64,000 bases of DNA from Terriglobia bacterium. GTDB taxonomy: Bacteria; Acidobacteriota; Terriglobia; 20CM-2-55-15. Below, piece by piece: positions 8,756 through 19,559 of the stretch. Every line of letters begins with the position of its first letter. The first letter of the stretch is position 1. The translations under genes and the position numbers were made by a program. The DNA is taken from assembly GCA_963664115.2 (NCBI GenBank), contig CAXWPJ010000002.1:64001-128000 (forward strand). The letters run 5' to 3'. Under the pieces are notes generated by a model, which saw only the letters and a program-made list of their open reading frames with translations, did no database searches and was not told the DNA's origin.

Positions 8756-10678
8756 ATGGCTGGTCGACTCTGGGCAGTATTATTTCTGACCTCCGCAACT
8801 CTGGGTTGTACAGGCGTTTCGGCTGACTCAGAACACTTTGGCCGGGTAACACCGCCTGAGGGACAGACCCTGCGTTATATCTCGGGATCCGAGCCGCAAA
8901 CCATGGATCCGCAGGTCGGTACAGGCCAACCGGAAGCGCGGATCTATATGGCGCTTTTCGACGGCTTGACCGAGCATCACCCGCAGACGAATCAGCCGAT
9001 GCCGAGCCTGGCCGAGAGATGGGAGGTCAACGAAGACAACTCGGAGTTCGTATTCCATATGCGACGTGATGCGCGTTGGTCCGATGGAGAACCGATCACT
9101 GCCCAAGACATGGTTTATTCCTGGCGACGCGCCCTGTCTCCCGAATTGGCGGCGCCAAACGCCTACCTGGCGTTCCACATCAAATACTCCCAGGCCTACA
9201 ACGAGAGCGGGTTTTTTGTCCGCGACCCGGAGAGCGGCAGGTATGTGCTGGATTCCGATATTTCTGGTGAGGTCGATGGTCTCGGGCCGCTTGAATCGAA
9301 TTCAGGAATGACACCGTTTCGCCGCTTCATGTCCGGGCCGATGCGCTTGACCCTGCCGGGCGATGAAGAGAGCCAGCAGACACTGTACCGGGCGAATCCG
9401 CGCCTCGCGGAGTGGGTTAGGGGAAAGGATCTGGTCCCAGTTACGGCTGCGGACATGGGCATCGAAGCCGTCGATCCCTATACGCTGCGGGTAACGCTCT
9501 CTCAGCCGGTGCCCTTCTTTCCCGGTTTACTCACACATCAGTTCCTGCGTCCGGTACCTGAACAGGTGATTGAGGCCCATGGAGATGATTGGACCGATGT
9601 CGAAAACATCGTGACGAGCGGTCCGTTTCTACTGGAAACGTACCAGGCCTACGACAAGATCGTCGTCGTCAAGAGCCCGACGTATTGGGATGCGGACCGC
9701 GTGCGCTTGGAACAGATCACGTTCTACCCGATGGAAGAAGCGACGACGATGATGAACCTCTACAAGGCCGGCGTGGTCGACGCGGTATTCAACCATGTGG
9801 TCCCCATCGCCTGGCTCGACCAGATTGGACCGCTGCTCGATTACATGAACGCTCCTGAAAACGCCATCGAGTATTACATCTTCAATACGACCCAGCCGCC
9901 CATGGATGACATTCGAGTCCGAAGGGCTTTCAACGCTGCCGTCGACAAGGTTGCTCTCGCGGAATTCAAAAGGACAGCCAAACCCTTAACGGCGTTCTCT
10001 CCCGAAGGCATATTCCCCGGATACGTTCAGCCTGTGGGCGACGACTTCGACGTTGACCGCGCACGGCGGCTTTTGGCGGAGGCGGGATACAGTGACGCAA
10101 ACGGCGACTATGACCCCTCGACGTTTCCCATTGGGGAGGTCGAACTGACCTACAACACCACCGAGAGCAACCGGCAGGTTGCGGAATTCGTTCAGGCGCA
10201 GTGGCGGCAGAATCTGGGTCTTACGGTGGGCTTGAAGAACATGGAGTGGCAAGCCTACCTGGAAGACACGCGCACGATGGCCTTCAAGGGAATAGCGCGC
10301 AGAGGCTGGGTCGGGGACTACATGGATCCCTATACTTTCCTTGAGCTGTTCGCGACCCCAACCGGAAACAACGGCAGCGGATGGTTTTCGCCCGAGTATC
10401 TCGAGAATCTGAATCGAGGCAACAGTTCTCTGGATCCCGAGGAGCGTTTCCGGCTGCTTGCCGAGGCCGAAGCTCAGATACTTGAGGTCCAGCCGATAAT
10501 TCCTCTGTTCACCAACTCCACCAACTGGATGAAAAAGCCCTACGTCAAGGGCATGTACCCCAATCCCGGCACGATGCATCCCTGGAAATACGTTTACATC
10601 GAACACGATCCCGCTCTCTGGGATCGCGGAACGCCGTCACTGGTGCCTGATGGCAAGTACCAGGAACCCTCAGACTGA
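8756..10678 (+). CDS. oppA: Oligopeptide ABC transporter substrate-binding lipoprotein
   Basis: Lipobox LGC; EPQTMDP; WSDGEPITAQD; GWVGDYMDP. AAGGAG RBS. Confidence 0.92.
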   Translation: MAGRLWAVLFLTSATLGCTGVSADSEHFGRVTPPEGQTLRYISGSEPQTMDPQVGTGQPEARIYMALFDGLTEHHPQTNQPMPSLAERWEVNEDNSEFVFHMRRDARWSDGEPITAQDMVYSWRRALSPELAAPNAYLAFHIKYSQAYNESGFFVRDPESGRYVLDSDISGEVDGLGPLESNSGMTPFRRFMSGPMRLTLPGDEESQQTLYRANPRLAEWVRGKDLVPVTAADMGIEAVDPYTLRVTLSQPVPFFPGLLTHQFLRPVPEQVIEAHGDDWTDVENIVTSGPFLLETYQAYDKIVVVKSPTYWDADRVRLEQITFYPMEEATTMMNLYKAGVVDAVFNHVVPIAWLDQIGPLLDYMNAPENAIEYYIFNTTQPPMDDIRVRRAFNAAVDKVALAEFKRTAKPLTAFSPEGIFPGYVQPVGDDFDVDRARRLLAEAGYSDANGDYDPSTFPIGEVELTYNTTESNRQVAEFVQAQWRQNLGLTVGLKNMEWQAYLEDTRTMAFKGIARRGWVGDYMDPYTFLELFATPTGNNGSGWFSPEYLENLNRGNSSLDPEERFRLLAEAEAQILEVQPIIPLFTNSTNWMKKPYVKGMYPNPGTMHPWKYVYIEHDPALWDRGTPSLVPDGKYQEPSD

Positions 10679-10685
10679 TAGCACC

Positions 10686-11606
10686 ATGTTGCGTTTCGTC
10701 ATTCGTCGACTGATGGTCACCCTGCCCATGATTCTGGTGGTGGTCTCGCTGACCTGGGGACTGATTCGCCTCGCGCCCGGGAACTTTTATACCGGAGAAA
10801 AGGTTCTGCCTCCCGCGATCGAGCAGAACATCCGAGAAAAGTACGGTTTGGACCAGCCGTGGTATGTGCAGTATGGCCGGATGCTGAGTAACACTCTGCA
10901 TGGGGACTTCGGCAATTCACTGCGCTACCAGGGCCAGTCGGTCAACGAAATCCTGAGAAACTCTCTTCCCGTTTCGGCGAGCATCGGACTTGCTGCATAC
11001 CTGCTGGCATTGCTTGTGGGTGTCACCACGGGAGCGATCTCTGCCCTCCGGCAGAATTCGGGCCTGGATCACGCTTCGATGGGTTTCGCGATGATCGGCA
11101 TCTCCCTGCCGAATTTCGTTCTCGGACCGATTCTGGTGCTTACGTTTGCATTGACGTTCTTCTGGTTACCGCCCGCGCGATGGGAGGGTTTCTGGAGCCT
11201 AAATACCATCCTTCCCGTCGTGACGCTTTCATTGGTTTACATGGCATACATAGCCCGATTGTCGCGATCGGGGATGCTTGAGGTACTGCGATCCAACTAC
11301 ATCAGGACGGCTCGCGCCAAGGGCCTCAAAGAAAAAGACGTCGTCATCCGCCATGGACTCCGCGGCGGGCTGCTACCGGTGGTGTCGTTTACTGGCCCAG
11401 CCCTGGCATTGCTGATTACGGGTACGGTCGTCGTGGAACGCGTATTCGCATTGCCTGGCCTTGGCCAGTACTTCATCAATGCCAACCTCAACCGTGACGA
11501 GCCGCTCATTATCGGCATCGTGGCTTTCATGTCGATTACAGTTCTCCTGTTCAATCTATTGGTGGACGTGGCTTATGGTTTTTTTGATCCCCGGGTGCGC
11601 TACTGA
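10686..11606 (+). CDS. oppB: Oligopeptide ABC transporter permease
   Basis: YGLDQP, GDFGNS and YIRTARAKGL (EAA loop). Confidence 0.93.
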   Translation: MLRFVIRRLMVTLPMILVVVSLTWGLIRLAPGNFYTGEKVLPPAIEQNIREKYGLDQPWYVQYGRMLSNTLHGDFGNSLRYQGQSVNEILRNSLPVSASIGLAAYLLALLVGVTTGAISALRQNSGLDHASMGFAMIGISLPNFVLGPILVLTFALTFFWLPPARWEGFWSLNTILPVVTLSLVYMAYIARLSRSGMLEVLRSNYIRTARAKGLKEKDVVIRHGLRGGLLPVVSFTGPALALLITGTVVVERVFALPGLGQYFINANLNRDEPLIIGIVAFMSITVLLFNLLVDVAYGFFDPRVRY

Positions 11607-12544
11607 TGACTGAAGACGAACCCGATATCGTTCAAGGCACGTCTCTCTGGAAGGACGCGTGGCGGCGTCTTCGCCGCAATCGCCTGGCCGTTGTCGGAAT
11701 GATCATCGTAAGCGTGATCGTCCTGGCTTCTCTGATCGGTCCGCCTATTATCGAGAGAGCCACTGGATTCACCTACGATTACATCCCTTCCGATTCGGGC
11801 TTGGTTCGGTCGTTCCCGCCATTTACGTCCGCGGACGGTTCGTTTTCCTGGACACATCCCATGGGAACTGACGATGCGGGGCGAGATCTGCTGGCCCGGG
11901 TGCTGCTGGGGGGGCGGATTTCATTGATGGTAGGCCTCATCTCGACGCTGGTTTCTTTGATTATTGGTGTGACTTTCGGGGCGACGGCGGGATATTCCGG
12001 AGGAAAAATCGATGATGCCATGATGCGGATCGTGGATGTCCTGTATGCGATTCCTTACATGATGGTGGTGATCGTTCTGTTGGCGTTTTTCGGGGGGCAA
12101 TCGCCGTTGGGGCAATTGTTTCTTTTGTTCATAGGTCTGGGGGCCGTCTCCTGGCTAACGATGGCCCGAATCGTCCGGGGACAAGTCATATCGCTGAAGA
12201 ATCAGGAATTCGTGCTCGCGGCGCGAGCGTCCGGGGCACCTCCGGTCAAGATCATTTTCAGACATCTCGTGCCGAATACGCTGGGACCGGTCATCGTCTA
12301 TGCCACGCTGACGATCCCATCGGTCATGCTCCTTGAGGCATTTCTGTCCTTCCTCGGACTGGGAGTCCAGGCGCCGCTGGCGTCATGGGGGAGTTTGGCG
12401 GCGGACGGCATTCGGAACATCGCGATCTTCCCCTGGCAGCTCATCTTTCCCGGTATGACGATGGCGGCCGCACTGTTTTCGCTGAACTTCGTGGGTGATG
12501 GCCTCCGGGACGCGCTGGACCCCCAGATGCGAAAGACGGATTAA
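11606..12544 (+). CDS. oppC: Oligopeptide ABC transporter permease
   Basis: HPMGTDDAGRD; EFVLAARASGA; GDGLRDALDP. TGATG coupling to oppB. Confidence 0.93.
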   Translation: MTEDEPDIVQGTSLWKDAWRRLRRNRLAVVGMIIVSVIVLASLIGPPIIERATGFTYDYIPSDSGLVRSFPPFTSADGSFSWTHPMGTDDAGRDLLARVLLGGRISLMVGLISTLVSLIIGVTFGATAGYSGGKIDDAMMRIVDVLYAIPYMMVVIVLLAFFGGQSPLGQLFLLFIGLGAVSWLTMARIVRGQVISLKNQEFVLAARASGAPPVKIIFRHLVPNTLGPVIVYATLTIPSVMLLEAFLSFLGLGVQAPLASWGSLAADGIRNIAIFPWQLIFPGMTMAAALFSLNFVGDGLRDALDPQMRKTD

Positions 12545-12554
12545 CTCACCCCGC

Positions 12555-13589
12555 ATGTCACAAGCTTTCGAAGAGAGGACTGCTTCGGACCCCTCGCCGC
12601 CGCTGTTGTCGGTTCGCGGACTTCAAACCTATTTCGAGACGGACGAAGGCACGGAAAAGGCCGTCGACGGAGTCGACTTCGAACTCCGCCGTGGAAAGAC
12701 TCTTGGGATCGTGGGGGAGTCCGGTTCCGGCAAATCGGTGACGAATCTGTCTATCATGGGACTCATTCCCACGCCGCCGGGACGCATTGCGGGAGGCGAG
12801 ATCGAGTTCGATGGCCAGGATTTGCTCTCGCTGACACCGGATCAGATGCGGCGCTTTCGCGGCAATCGGATCGCGATGATCTTTCAGGATCCGATGACTT
12901 CGCTGAACCCGTTTATGAGGATCTCCAACCAGTTGATGGAAATGACGCGTCTGCACCGCGGGTACGGAAAGAGCGAGGCCTTCGAGCATGCTGTGGAGAT
13001 GCTTGAGCGGGTCGGTATTCCCGACGCCCGATCCCGGTCTCGAAGTTATCCTCATGAATTTTCCGGAGGGATGCGGCAGCGGGTCATGATCGCGATGGCG
13101 CTTTCGTGTGATCCGGAACTCCTGATTGCTGACGAGCCGACCACGGCTCTCGATGTCACGATTCAGGCCCAGATTCTCGACCTGATTCGGCGGATGAAAG
13201 AAGATCGAGGGACCAGCGTCATACTGGTGACCCACGATCTCGGTGTCGTTGCGGGCATGGCCGACGAAATCGTGGTGATGTACGCGGGCAAGATCTTCGA
13301 ACGCGCACCGACCCGGACGTTGTTCAGCAGATCCGCGAATCCCTATACGCGGGGACTCTTGCGTTCCGTCCCCGGAGCATCTGCAGATTCGCACGCACTG
13401 TATCAAATCCCCGGGCTGCCGCCCCACCTGTCCCGGCTGGGCCCGGGCTGTCCGTTTGCACCGCGTTGCGATCGGGCGACGGACCAGTGTCGCAGCGAGT
13501 TTCCACCTTTTGTTCGAATTGCTCCGGATCATTATTCCTTGTGTCATGTAGCGAGCGAAGTTTATTCCGAGGTGCCTGCCAGTGACTGA
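12555..13589 (+). CDS. oppD: Oligopeptide ABC transporter ATPase
   Basis: [26 protein letters not shown] and a C-terminal Cys motif. Confidence 0.93.
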   Translation: MSQAFEERTASDPSPPLLSVRGLQTYFETDEGTEKAVDGVDFELRRGKTLGIVGESGSGKSVTNLSIMGLIPTPPGRIAGGEIEFDGQDLLSLTPDQMRRFRGNRIAMIFQDPMTSLNPFMRISNQLMEMTRLHRGYGKSEAFEHAVEMLERVGIPDARSRSRSYPHEFSGGMRQRVMIAMALSCDPELLIADEPTTALDVTIQAQILDLIRRMKEDRGTSVILVTHDLGVVAGMADEIVVMYAGKIFERAPTRTLFSRSANPYTRGLLRSVPGASADSHALYQIPGLPPHLSRLGPGCPFAPRCDRATDQCRSEFPPFVRIAPDHYSLCHVASEVYSEVPASD

Positions 13590-14640
13590 GGGCGCACCGC
13601 ACTTGTTGTCTGTCCGGGATCTCAAGGTTCACTTCGACCTGGGCGGCGGTGGGTGGTTGGATGTCCTGACGGGGTCGAAGAACGGCCGGCGGATCGTGAA
13701 AGCGGTGGATGGCGTTTCGATAGACATTCGAAAGGGCGAAACACTGGGCCTGGTCGGGGAGTCCGGTTGTGGAAAGTCCACCCTCGGAAGAGCGTTATTA
13801 CGGTTGACCGATATTACTGAGGGTGAGGTTCGATACAAAAATGTTGATCTGGCCAGTCTTTCCGACACGGAAATGCGGGGTCAACGGCGTCATTTGCAGA
13901 TGATTTTCCAGGACCCTTACGCGTCGCTCGATCCCAGAATGACGATTGGGCAGATCATTTCCGAGCCGATGGAAAACTTCGGGATTTCAAATCCTGCGGA
14001 AAGGGAAGACCGTGTACGGGATATCATGGAAACGGTCGGACTCAGTCCCCGATACATCCAGCGTTACCCGCACGAATTTTCCGGAGGTCAACAGCAGCGG
14101 ATTGGTATTGCCCGCGCGTTGGCCCCGGAGCCGGATTTCATTGTGGCCGATGAGCCCATATCCGCACTGGATGTTTCGATTCAAGCACAGATCATCAACT
14201 TGATCGAGCAGCTTCAGAGAGAGCGAAACCTTACCTATTTGTTTATTTCGCACGACCTCCGTGCGATCCGGCACACCTCTGATCGTGTCGCTGTGATGTA
14301 CCTTGGGAAGCTGGTCGAACTGGGCGAACCCGGGCAGCTTTACCGCAATCCCCTGATGCCGTATACGCGGGCTCTGATCTCAGCTGTCCCGATTCCTGAT
14401 CCAGTGGCTGAGGCGGCCCGCCAACGGATCGTCCTGGATGGGGACGTTCCCTCTCCGATCAATCCGCCCTCAGGCTGTCGGTTCCATACGCGCTGTGCCT
14501 ATGCGGTCCCTGCGTGCAGCGAACACACGCCGACTCTTGCCCAGATTGAACCGGACCACATGGCTGCCTGCATTCGCATAAGCCCAAAAGAGCCCGATAT
14601 CGACAAGATCGCTCCAGGCGCAACCCCGGGGCTGGACTGA
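13582..14640 (+). CDS. oppF: Oligopeptide ABC transporter ATPase
   Basis: [35 protein letters not shown]. Confidence 0.93.
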   Translation: MTEGAPHLLSVRDLKVHFDLGGGGWLDVLTGSKNGRRIVKAVDGVSIDIRKGETLGLVGESGCGKSTLGRALLRLTDITEGEVRYKNVDLASLSDTEMRGQRRHLQMIFQDPYASLDPRMTIGQIISEPMENFGISNPAEREDRVRDIMETVGLSPRYIQRYPHEFSGGQQQRIGIARALAPEPDFIVADEPISALDVSIQAQIINLIEQLQRERNLTYLFISHDLRAIRHTSDRVAVMYLGKLVELGEPGQLYRNPLMPYTRALISAVPIPDPVAEAARQRIVLDGDVPSPINPPSGCRFHTRCAYAVPACSEHTPTLAQIEPDHMAACIRISPKEPDIDKIAPGATPGLD

Positions 14641-14726
14641 GCGGCTAAAAGACCGGCTTGTTTTACGCGTACCTCCTCTTGATATAATTGCTCCCTTTCT
14701 GATCACAGAGGCCTTGAGCGGTTCGT

Positions 14727-16547
14727 ATGGAAGATGAACGCATTGAAGAGATGACGAAGACGCAGCAGGAAACTCCTGTCGTTGAGGAGCGGCTTCGAAC
14801 GCCGATGACGATTCTGTTCAGCGACATTAAGGACTCGACGGCCTACTTTGAACGGAATGGTGATGTCGAGGGCCTCGCCATGGTCGAACGTCACAACAAT
14901 CTACTGTTCCCGTGTGTGGAAAACAACAGTGGGCGGATCATCAAGACCATTGGTGACGCGATCATGGCCATGTTTCTTGATCCCGTCGATGCAGTCACGG
15001 CGGCCGCGCGGATGCAGCTGGCCCTCGAAGAAGAAAACTCAGGGCGTGAAGTGTCCGAAGAGATTCACGTCAAAATTGGTGTCCATACGGGTCTGGGTCT
15101 GACGATGGGGAACGACGTCTTTGGCGATGTCGTCAATGCGGCCGCCAGGGTACAGGGTCAGGCGCAGCCCGACCAGATTCTGATCACCGACAGTCTGCTT
15201 TCAGCGGCACATACTGCCGGCTATCAGGCGGGTAAGCTGGGTCGCGCAAAGATGAAAGGGAAGGCCGAGCCCATCGATATCTACGCAGTCGGGTGGTCGC
15301 CGCGCGCAACACAGCAAGTGATCGACGATCTTCAGGAGCGATCTGCGAAACAACTTCAGGAATTTGAGGATGCTAAGGCCAAAAGGGAAGAAGACTTTGA
15401 TCGATTGCGTGCGGAATGGGGAGACGACCGCCGGAACCTCAACGCGGAGATCGAACGGCTGGAAGAGAGTGCGCAGGGTGCTATGGAATCGGCGCGCCAG
15501 CAGATCGGTGGTGAACTGCAGAAGCAGGGCCAGTTCAAGATCGAAGCCGCCAACAAGGCACGCGCGCAGGTCGAAGAGAATTTGAAGAGCACCCAGGAAC
15601 GTTTTGAAGTCGAGCGGGTCGGGTACAAGACCCAGATTGCGCGGCTTGAAAATCGCCTTGTTGAATCCATGGAGCAGGTGAATAATCCTGCTCGGACGGC
15701 CAACCTGGTTCGAGAGCAGGTCCAGTCGCGCTTGGCTGTTGCCAAGAAGGAATGGCAGGCACAGTGGGACGCGGAACGGAAGCGCCTGACGGAAGGGATT
15801 GCCAAAGCGAAGACCGCCGGTCCACAGGACCCGATGGCGGAAGCCCGCCGGCTGATGATGGAGCGGATCAAGGCCAAACAGGAAGGCAAGGAGTCGGGCC
15901 AGGGAGGCGAGGACAAAGCATCCATAGCATCCAAGGAAAAGCTGGAACGGGAGCGCGACGAGCTTCGCTCACGCATTCAGCTCATGGAGAAAGAAACGGA
16001 GAGGGCGGAAGCCGATCTGCGCGCCGAGGTGTCCAACCAGTTCCGGCACACCTTCGATCAGAAGATGGAACAGGCAACGCATACCCGGACCCAGCTCGAA
16101 CAGGAATTGCGGACGCTGACCGAAGAGTTGGCTGGCGAAAAACAGGCGGCCGCGTCGCGGATTCAGCACCTTGAAGAGGCGATCCCTGTCGCTGAAGAAG
16201 CCGCTAAAGTACAGGCAATCGCTGAGGCTCGTGCAGATTTTGAGGCGAAACTGGAAGAGGCTGATCGAGTGGCGTCACGTCTGCAAAGACAGAATCGAGA
16301 GACCGTAGAAGAATGGAATCTGGAGCGGGCCCAACTTGAAAAGCAGGTAAAGGAACTCGAATCGAATGTCAAACAGGCCCGGGAGATGGCCTTCAAGCGA
16401 TCGAGTGATCCAACGGTAGAAGAACTCAATCGTCTTCGACGGCAATTGGAAGAAGAATTTAAGACAAAGGCGGCGGTGTGGGACGAGGAGAAACGCCACC
16501 TCAGTGAAAAGATCCAGAATCTGGAAAATCCTTCCATCGACGAGTAA
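14727..16547 (+). CDS. Class III adenylate cyclase with a long C-terminal coiled coil
   Basis: ILFSDIKDST, KTIGDAIMA, KIGVHTG, DVFGDVVNAAARV, followed by ~400 aa of E/Q/R/K heptads. Confidence 0.88.
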   Translation: MEDERIEEMTKTQQETPVVEERLRTPMTILFSDIKDSTAYFERNGDVEGLAMVERHNNLLFPCVENNSGRIIKTIGDAIMAMFLDPVDAVTAAARMQLALEEENSGREVSEEIHVKIGVHTGLGLTMGNDVFGDVVNAAARVQGQAQPDQILITDSLLSAAHTAGYQAGKLGRAKMKGKAEPIDIYAVGWSPRATQQVIDDLQERSAKQLQEFEDAKAKREEDFDRLRAEWGDDRRNLNAEIERLEESAQGAMESARQQIGGELQKQGQFKIEAANKARAQVEENLKSTQERFEVERVGYKTQIARLENRLVESMEQVNNPARTANLVREQVQSRLAVAKKEWQAQWDAERKRLTEGIAKAKTAGPQDPMAEARRLMMERIKAKQEGKESGQGGEDKASIASKEKLERERDELRSRIQLMEKETERAEADLRAEVSNQFRHTFDQKMEQATHTRTQLEQELRTLTEELAGEKQAAASRIQHLEEAIPVAEEAAKVQAIAEARADFEAKLEEADRVASRLQRQNRETVEEWNLERAQLEKQVKELESNVKQAREMAFKRSSDPTVEELNRLRRQLEEEFKTKAAVWDEEKRHLSEKIQNLENPSIDE

Positions 16548-16654
16548 ACCTTCTCGAATCAGTGCAGTTATAGAGTGCCCGATGCCGAGGCGATCCAAAA
16601 TCGCTTTCCCGACGTCTAAACCTGATACAGACTGATTAAGGAGGGCGGGTTCAC

Positions 16655-16885
16655 ATGGTTAAGAATTTCATTCCACGCTGCGACTTCTGTGGCCATGAAA
16701 TCCCCTTGGAAAGACATACACGCAGGAATGTTCCAGCAAACGGTATCGAACTACTCATCGTGGCTCTGGAAAATTCCGATCCCGAGTTTGAGTTCACTCA
16801 GAAGCCGGATGGAACAGTGGATCTCGATACCTGTTTGGATTGCTATTCACGTCTCGCCTTCACGCACACCCTCGCTGTTAATTAG
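16655..16885 (+). CDS. Small putative zinc-binding protein (CxxC...CxxC)
   Basis: CDFC and CLDC motifs; strong AAGGAGG RBS. Confidence 0.75.
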   Translation: MVKNFIPRCDFCGHEIPLERHTRRNVPANGIELLIVALENSDPEFEFTQKPDGTVDLDTCLDCYSRLAFTHTLAVN

Positions 16886-16903
16886 AAGTAGAAAAAGGGA
16901 ATT

Positions 16904-16950
16904 AACACGAAGGTCACGAAGATAAATTATGTCTTCGTGGCCTTCGTGTT
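16904..16950. terminator. Strong hairpin between convergent genes (bidirectional terminator or REP-like)
   Basis: AACACGAAGGTCACGAAGA...TCTTCGTGGCCTTCGTGTT. Confidence 0.6.
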
Positions 16951-16993
16951 GAAAATTCGTTGATCGTCTCTGGTCCGAGCCGTACCGGGGATA

Positions 16994-17560
16994 TCAGAAA
17001 TTGACTACAGGCGCAGTTTCGGCCCCGGCTGCGGCTTCAAAGAAATCGCGCTGATCGAATCCCGTCATGTTCGCGATGACGCTGGCTGGGAATTGCCGTA
17101 CCGCTGTGTTGTAGGTCTGGATGGATTCATTGTAGCGTCGACGTTCGACGGCGATCCGGTTTTCGGTGCCGGCAAGCTCGTCCTGTAAAGCAAGGAAATT
17201 CTGATTGGACCGGAGTTCCGGGTAACTTTCCATGACAACCATGAGACGACCCAGTGCGCCTTCAAGCTGTCCGGCGACGGCCGCACGTTCGCCCGCGGTT
17301 CCGGCTTCTCCCCACTGGCTGCGAAGTCGTGTGACCTCGGTATACACTTCCTGTTCCTGATCGGCGAAACCCTGCACGGTGTTCACCAGATTGGGTATCA
17401 GGTCGTAGCGTCTCTGTAGGACGGTGTCGACTTGCGCCCAGGAACTTTCGGCCTGCTGATCCAAGCCCACCAGCCGGTTATACGTGCCGACGTAGCTTCC
17501 ACCCACGATCAATACTGCGAGCACCAGAGCACCGATAACGATCCAGCCTTTTGTGGACAT
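16994..17560 (-). CDS. lemA: LemA family protein
   Basis: N-terminal TM; QRRYDLIPNLV; ESYPELRSNQNF; GTENRIAVERRRYN. Confidence 0.95.
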   Translation of the reverse strand: MSTKGWIVIGALVLAVLIVGGSYVGTYNRLVGLDQQAESSWAQVDTVLQRRYDLIPNLVNTVQGFADQEQEVYTEVTRLRSQWGEAGTAGERAAVAGQLEGALGRLMVVMESYPELRSNQNFLALQDELAGTENRIAVERRRYNESIQTYNTAVRQFPASVIANMTGFDQRDFFEAAAGAETAPVVNF

Positions 17561-17609
17561 ATCACCTCCGAAACGAGAAGGTTGCCTAATTAGGATAACG
17601 CATAGTTAC

Positions 17610-18317
17610 TTACAGATGCATACGAGCGTCGACTGTATCGACAACCGATTCCACGGTTCGCAGATATCTGTCGAACAGTGCAAGAGCGTCAACAGTTTTC
17701 GAATTCCCCCGGCCTTCCTTCAACTCTTCGATCTCCAGGAAAACGTCCTCTTCAAACCGTATATGTTTTCCCAGTGCCTTGAGTGCGTCGATTTTGCGCG
17801 GTGGAACCTCGTCCTGGTAGAGTCGTAAAGCGGCACGGAACAACACGAGGATCGTTGAAAGCGAATCGATCATCATGTCGAGCACCCGCCGGGGTTTTCC
17901 TTCGGTCAGCAAAAAGCCTTCTCTGAGACGGATCAGGCTCGACTTCAGTTCGTGTTCCAGTATGAGGCGAAGGTTCTCCTTGTGAATCTCGATCTGGTCC
18001 AGGACATCTTCACCGTAGAGCACCCGATGGGATTCCTGGATGTCCATCAGTTCTATTGGAAAGACGTCTGCGGATTTTTGAAGACGTTCCGGGGTGAAGA
18101 AGAGTGGCGAGGGATTACCCGCTTTTCGCCATGCGCGCGACGTTTTGGATAATGCCGTCAGCTCGCGCAAGCCCAGGGAGTCCGCGACAACAAGAATATT
18201 GTAGTCGGAGCGCTTGCCCGTATGATCGCCCGCAGCCGCGGATCCGTACAGAATGACCGAACGAATGCCGGTTCCCAGGGCTTGCTGGAGCTTCAGTGCC
18301 AGGTCTTCAGGTTTCAA
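17610..18317 (-). CDS. Pol-beta nucleotidyltransferase-domain protein
   Basis: SVILYGSAAAGD...SDYNILVV; SADVFPIE; helical C-domain. Confidence 0.8.
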   Translation of the reverse strand: MKPEDLALKLQQALGTGIRSVILYGSAAAGDHTGKRSDYNILVVADSLGLRELTALSKTSRAWRKAGNPSPLFFTPERLQKSADVFPIELMDIQESHRVLYGEDVLDQIEIHKENLRLILEHELKSSLIRLREGFLLTEGKPRRVLDMMIDSLSTILVLFRAALRLYQDEVPPRKIDALKALGKHIRFEEDVFLEIEELKEGRGNSKTVDALALFDRYLRTVESVVDTVDARMHL

Positions 18318-18351
18318 GGCATTCCCCCCGCTCGACAGATTCTAGATATTA

Positions 18352-19098
18352 TTACCAGGAGCGTCCCGCGCCTCCGCCTCCGGACATGCCGCCACCGAAT
18401 CCTCCGAATCCACCCCCGCCGCCGCGTCCGAAACCGCCGCCCCCACCCATACGACCGCTCGACAGCAACATCAGGGCAAGCCAGGGATGTCTGATGATGA
18501 AAGGCAGCAGAAACAAAAGAACGATGAATCGGAGCAAACCGCCCAGAGGGTTTCGGGTTTGTGCGACCGGAGCCGGGGCCCCGATCGCTCCGGTCAACTC
18601 TACGCCGGCGCTGTTGGCAATCAGTAGTGCCAATGTTGCGGCTCCGGCAGTCACTCCCGCCCCGTACTGGTCCTGTCTGAAGGCTGGCAGAACCGCTTCG
18701 TCGAGAATGCGGCCGGCCCTTCCGTCGGGAATGATCGCTTCCAGTCCGTAACCGACTTCAATCCATACCTGCCGGTCTTCTATGGCAGCCAGCAGCAGCG
18801 CGCCGTTGTCTTCGCCGGATTGGCCGATTCCCCAGCGTTCGAACAGGCGATTCGAAAAATCGGAGATTTCCCCACTCTCGAGCGAAGTGAGTGTGACCAC
18901 TGCGACTTGTGCTCCCGTCTTTTGTTCCAGCTCTCTGAGTAGAGTTTCGATGGAGTTGGCGTCAGGTCCAATGACTCCCGCGAAATCGTTGACGAGACCC
19001 TGGAACCGAAGCCCTTCGAGGAGCGCATCCGTCTGGAACGCCGCGGCAGGCGAAACCAGGAGCAGGCAGAGGATGAATGGGATTGCGATTCGGTGCAT
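18352..19098 (-). CDS. TPM domain protein (YgcG-like)
   Basis: VNDFAGV, WGIG, IEVGYGLE and a Gly-rich tail ending GGGAGRSW. Confidence 0.92.
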   Translation of the reverse strand: MHRIAIPFILCLLLVSPAAAFQTDALLEGLRFQGLVNDFAGVIGPDANSIETLLRELEQKTGAQVAVVTLTSLESGEISDFSNRLFERWGIGQSGEDNGALLLAAIEDRQVWIEVGYGLEAIIPDGRAGRILDEAVLPAFRQDQYGAGVTAGAATLALLIANSAGVELTGAIGAPAPVAQTRNPLGGLLRFIVLLFLLPFIIRHPWLALMLLSSGRMGGGGGFGRGGGGGFGGFGGGMSGGGGAGRSW

Positions 19099-19277
19099 GA
19101 ATCTCGATTGTAGCAGTCATTTAGAATGGCGGTCATGAGGGTAACAACGCATCCGGTCGACGTTTCTTGTGACGATTACCCTGTGCTCCCCGAGCGGATT
19201 CCTGAAGGACGAGCAAAACTTCTACGAAATGTTGCGGATGACTCAAGATACGATAGTGATTCAAGGGGAGGAGGACG

Positions 19278-19559
19278 ATGAAGGCAATTTGGAATGGTGT
19301 GGTTATAGCGGAAAGCGGGGCGACAATCGTCGTCGAGGGCACGCACTACTTTCCACCGGATTCTATTCGGCCCGAACACCTTCGCGACAGTAGTACCCAT
19401 ACGATGTGCTCCTGGAAAGGGCAGGCGAGTTACTACGATGTTGTCGTCAACGGGGAATCCAACCGGGATGCAGCCTGGTATTATCCCGAGACGATGGAGG
19501 CCGCCAACAACATCCGTGACTACGTCGCTTTTTGGAACGGAGTCGAAGTCATTCCGTAG
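19278..19559 (+). CDS. DUF427 family protein
   Basis: VVEGTHYFPP, CSWKGQASYY, AAWYYP; GGAGG RBS. Confidence 0.92.
   Translation: MKAIWNGVVIAESGATIVVEGTHYFPPDSIRPEHLRDSSTHTMCSWKGQASYYDVVVNGESNRDAAWYYPETMEAANNIRDYVAFWNGVEVIP

Noticed and set aside
12558-13625. Long antisense ORFs (also 6203-7444, 5237-6019, 34731-35456 and others)
   Set aside because: They are shadows of well-supported genes in GC-rich DNA and carry no motifs.
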